Positions 63,187 through 64,000 of a stretch of 64,000 nucleotides of DNA are shown here, in pieces (within the stretch, counting starts at the first letter, position 1; every line of letters starts with the position of its first letter). The position numbers were made by a program, and so were the translations under genes. The stretch lies in NCBI GenBank assembly GCA_013265495.1, contig MU058000.1, positions 930,001 through 994,000 on the forward strand, read 5' to 3'. The notes under the pieces are model-generated. The model had not been told where the DNA came from and did no database searches. It saw nothing but the letters and a program-made list of their open reading frames with translations. This stretch comes from Vicugna vicugna (lineage: Eukaryota).

Positions 63187-63637
63187 GTGGGTAAAGAATG
63201 CCCTAGGGAGGTCACAGAATTGGAAAAATGCACATTCCTTTTGGCCCAACATATGAGCCTCTTTCATATGCATGAGACAATTCCCTACATTATAAATTAC
63301 TAACAATTGAAAATGCTAGATACTCACCTCTTAAGCCTCATTTGCAATTATGAGGGAATGACCAAAGGACCCAGTTGCCACCAACTAGATGGTTGTTGGT
63401 GTAACCAGGTATAACCACCAGAAATGGCATATGGTGTTGCAAGAGTACGTGCTTAACACAAAAGTGACGGCATCGACTGTGGTGGTGGTGGCTGCAGTAA
63501 GAGTAAACCTCTGGTGTACAAATGGCAGTAGGAAAAGAGCAACATTTAAGGTGGCCCTTACTAGACCAGATCTGGGGTGTGCTTTTGGGCATTGATGCTG
63601 ACTACTTAAGACTTGAGTCTTCCCAGTGAGCCAGAAA

Positions 63638-64000
63638 ATGTGTCAGCTCAGCGTCTCTCGGCTGCCAAAACAGAAAACACAGCTAATGGTGGCTTAGGCC
63701 GTTAGGATTCCCTCCCACGACCCTCATAAAACAAGAAATCTGGAATTGAGTAGTTATCGACATTTGTTGATGGTGTCAAGGATTTCTGTTCCTCTCTTGG
63801 CCGTTCCCTTGGACTGCAGTCTCCGTTCAAGACAGGAAGAAGGGGAGACAGGTTGGCAGCAGGTGTGTCTTTACATTTTACCAGGGAAGCCAAAGCTTTC
63901 GCGGAAGTCCCAGCAGACTTAGGCTTACTGGCCAGCTTATTGGCCAGAGCTGAGTAATGTGGTCAACTAACTGTATGGGAAGGTGGCAAAGGAGGGAGAG
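63638..64000 (-). mobile_element. Old MaLR LTR, MLT1J/K-like (runs to window end)
   Basis: ggctgccaaaacagaaaac..gtggctta...aacaagaaatctgga...cccagcagactt...ttattggccagagctgagtaatgtgg. Confidence 0.6.

Noticed and set aside
1035..63893. The many 60-160 aa ORFs in the supplied track
   Set aside because: Short, overlapping on both strands, often starting at non-ATG codons or inside decayed repeats, with no recognisable domains; expected by chance. Only the L1 ORF2 fragment is recognisable.
1..64000. Host gene identity or orientation from repeat strand bias
   Set aside because: L1 and LTR elements occur on both strands and no exon was recognised, so the locus cannot be named from the sequence alone

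Overview
This is mammalian (eutherian) non-coding genomic DNA, intronic or intergenic. It is most likely from a camelid: it carries three tRNA(Ala)-derived SINEs of the camelid Vic-1 type plus cetartiodactyl-type L1 3' ends, and I saw no ruminant, pig or primate SINEs. I find no credible host protein-coding gene, functional RNA gene or CRISPR array. The only ORF in the supplied track with a clearly recognisable protein is a LINE-1 ORF2 C-terminal fragment (55937-56443, minus). Much of the window is decayed transposable elements: L1 (old and young), L2, MIR, MaLR/ERVL/ERV1 solo LTRs, hAT MITEs (MER5, MER20, MER33, MER58, MER103), a Tc2-type MITE, and probable RTE-type and Gypsy-type relics. Between them are repeat-free, TF-motif-rich islands that look like conserved enhancers, and two good CTCF motifs in divergent orientation. 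Repeat names come from my recall of consensus sequences, not a database search, so class-level calls are more reliable than subfamily names and edges are approximate unless a TSD is quoted. I did not find a convincing previously undescribed biological system. The best leads are a 5'-inverted L1 with a very large internal gap, the candidate regulatory landscape, and one candidate exon with a GC hairpin.
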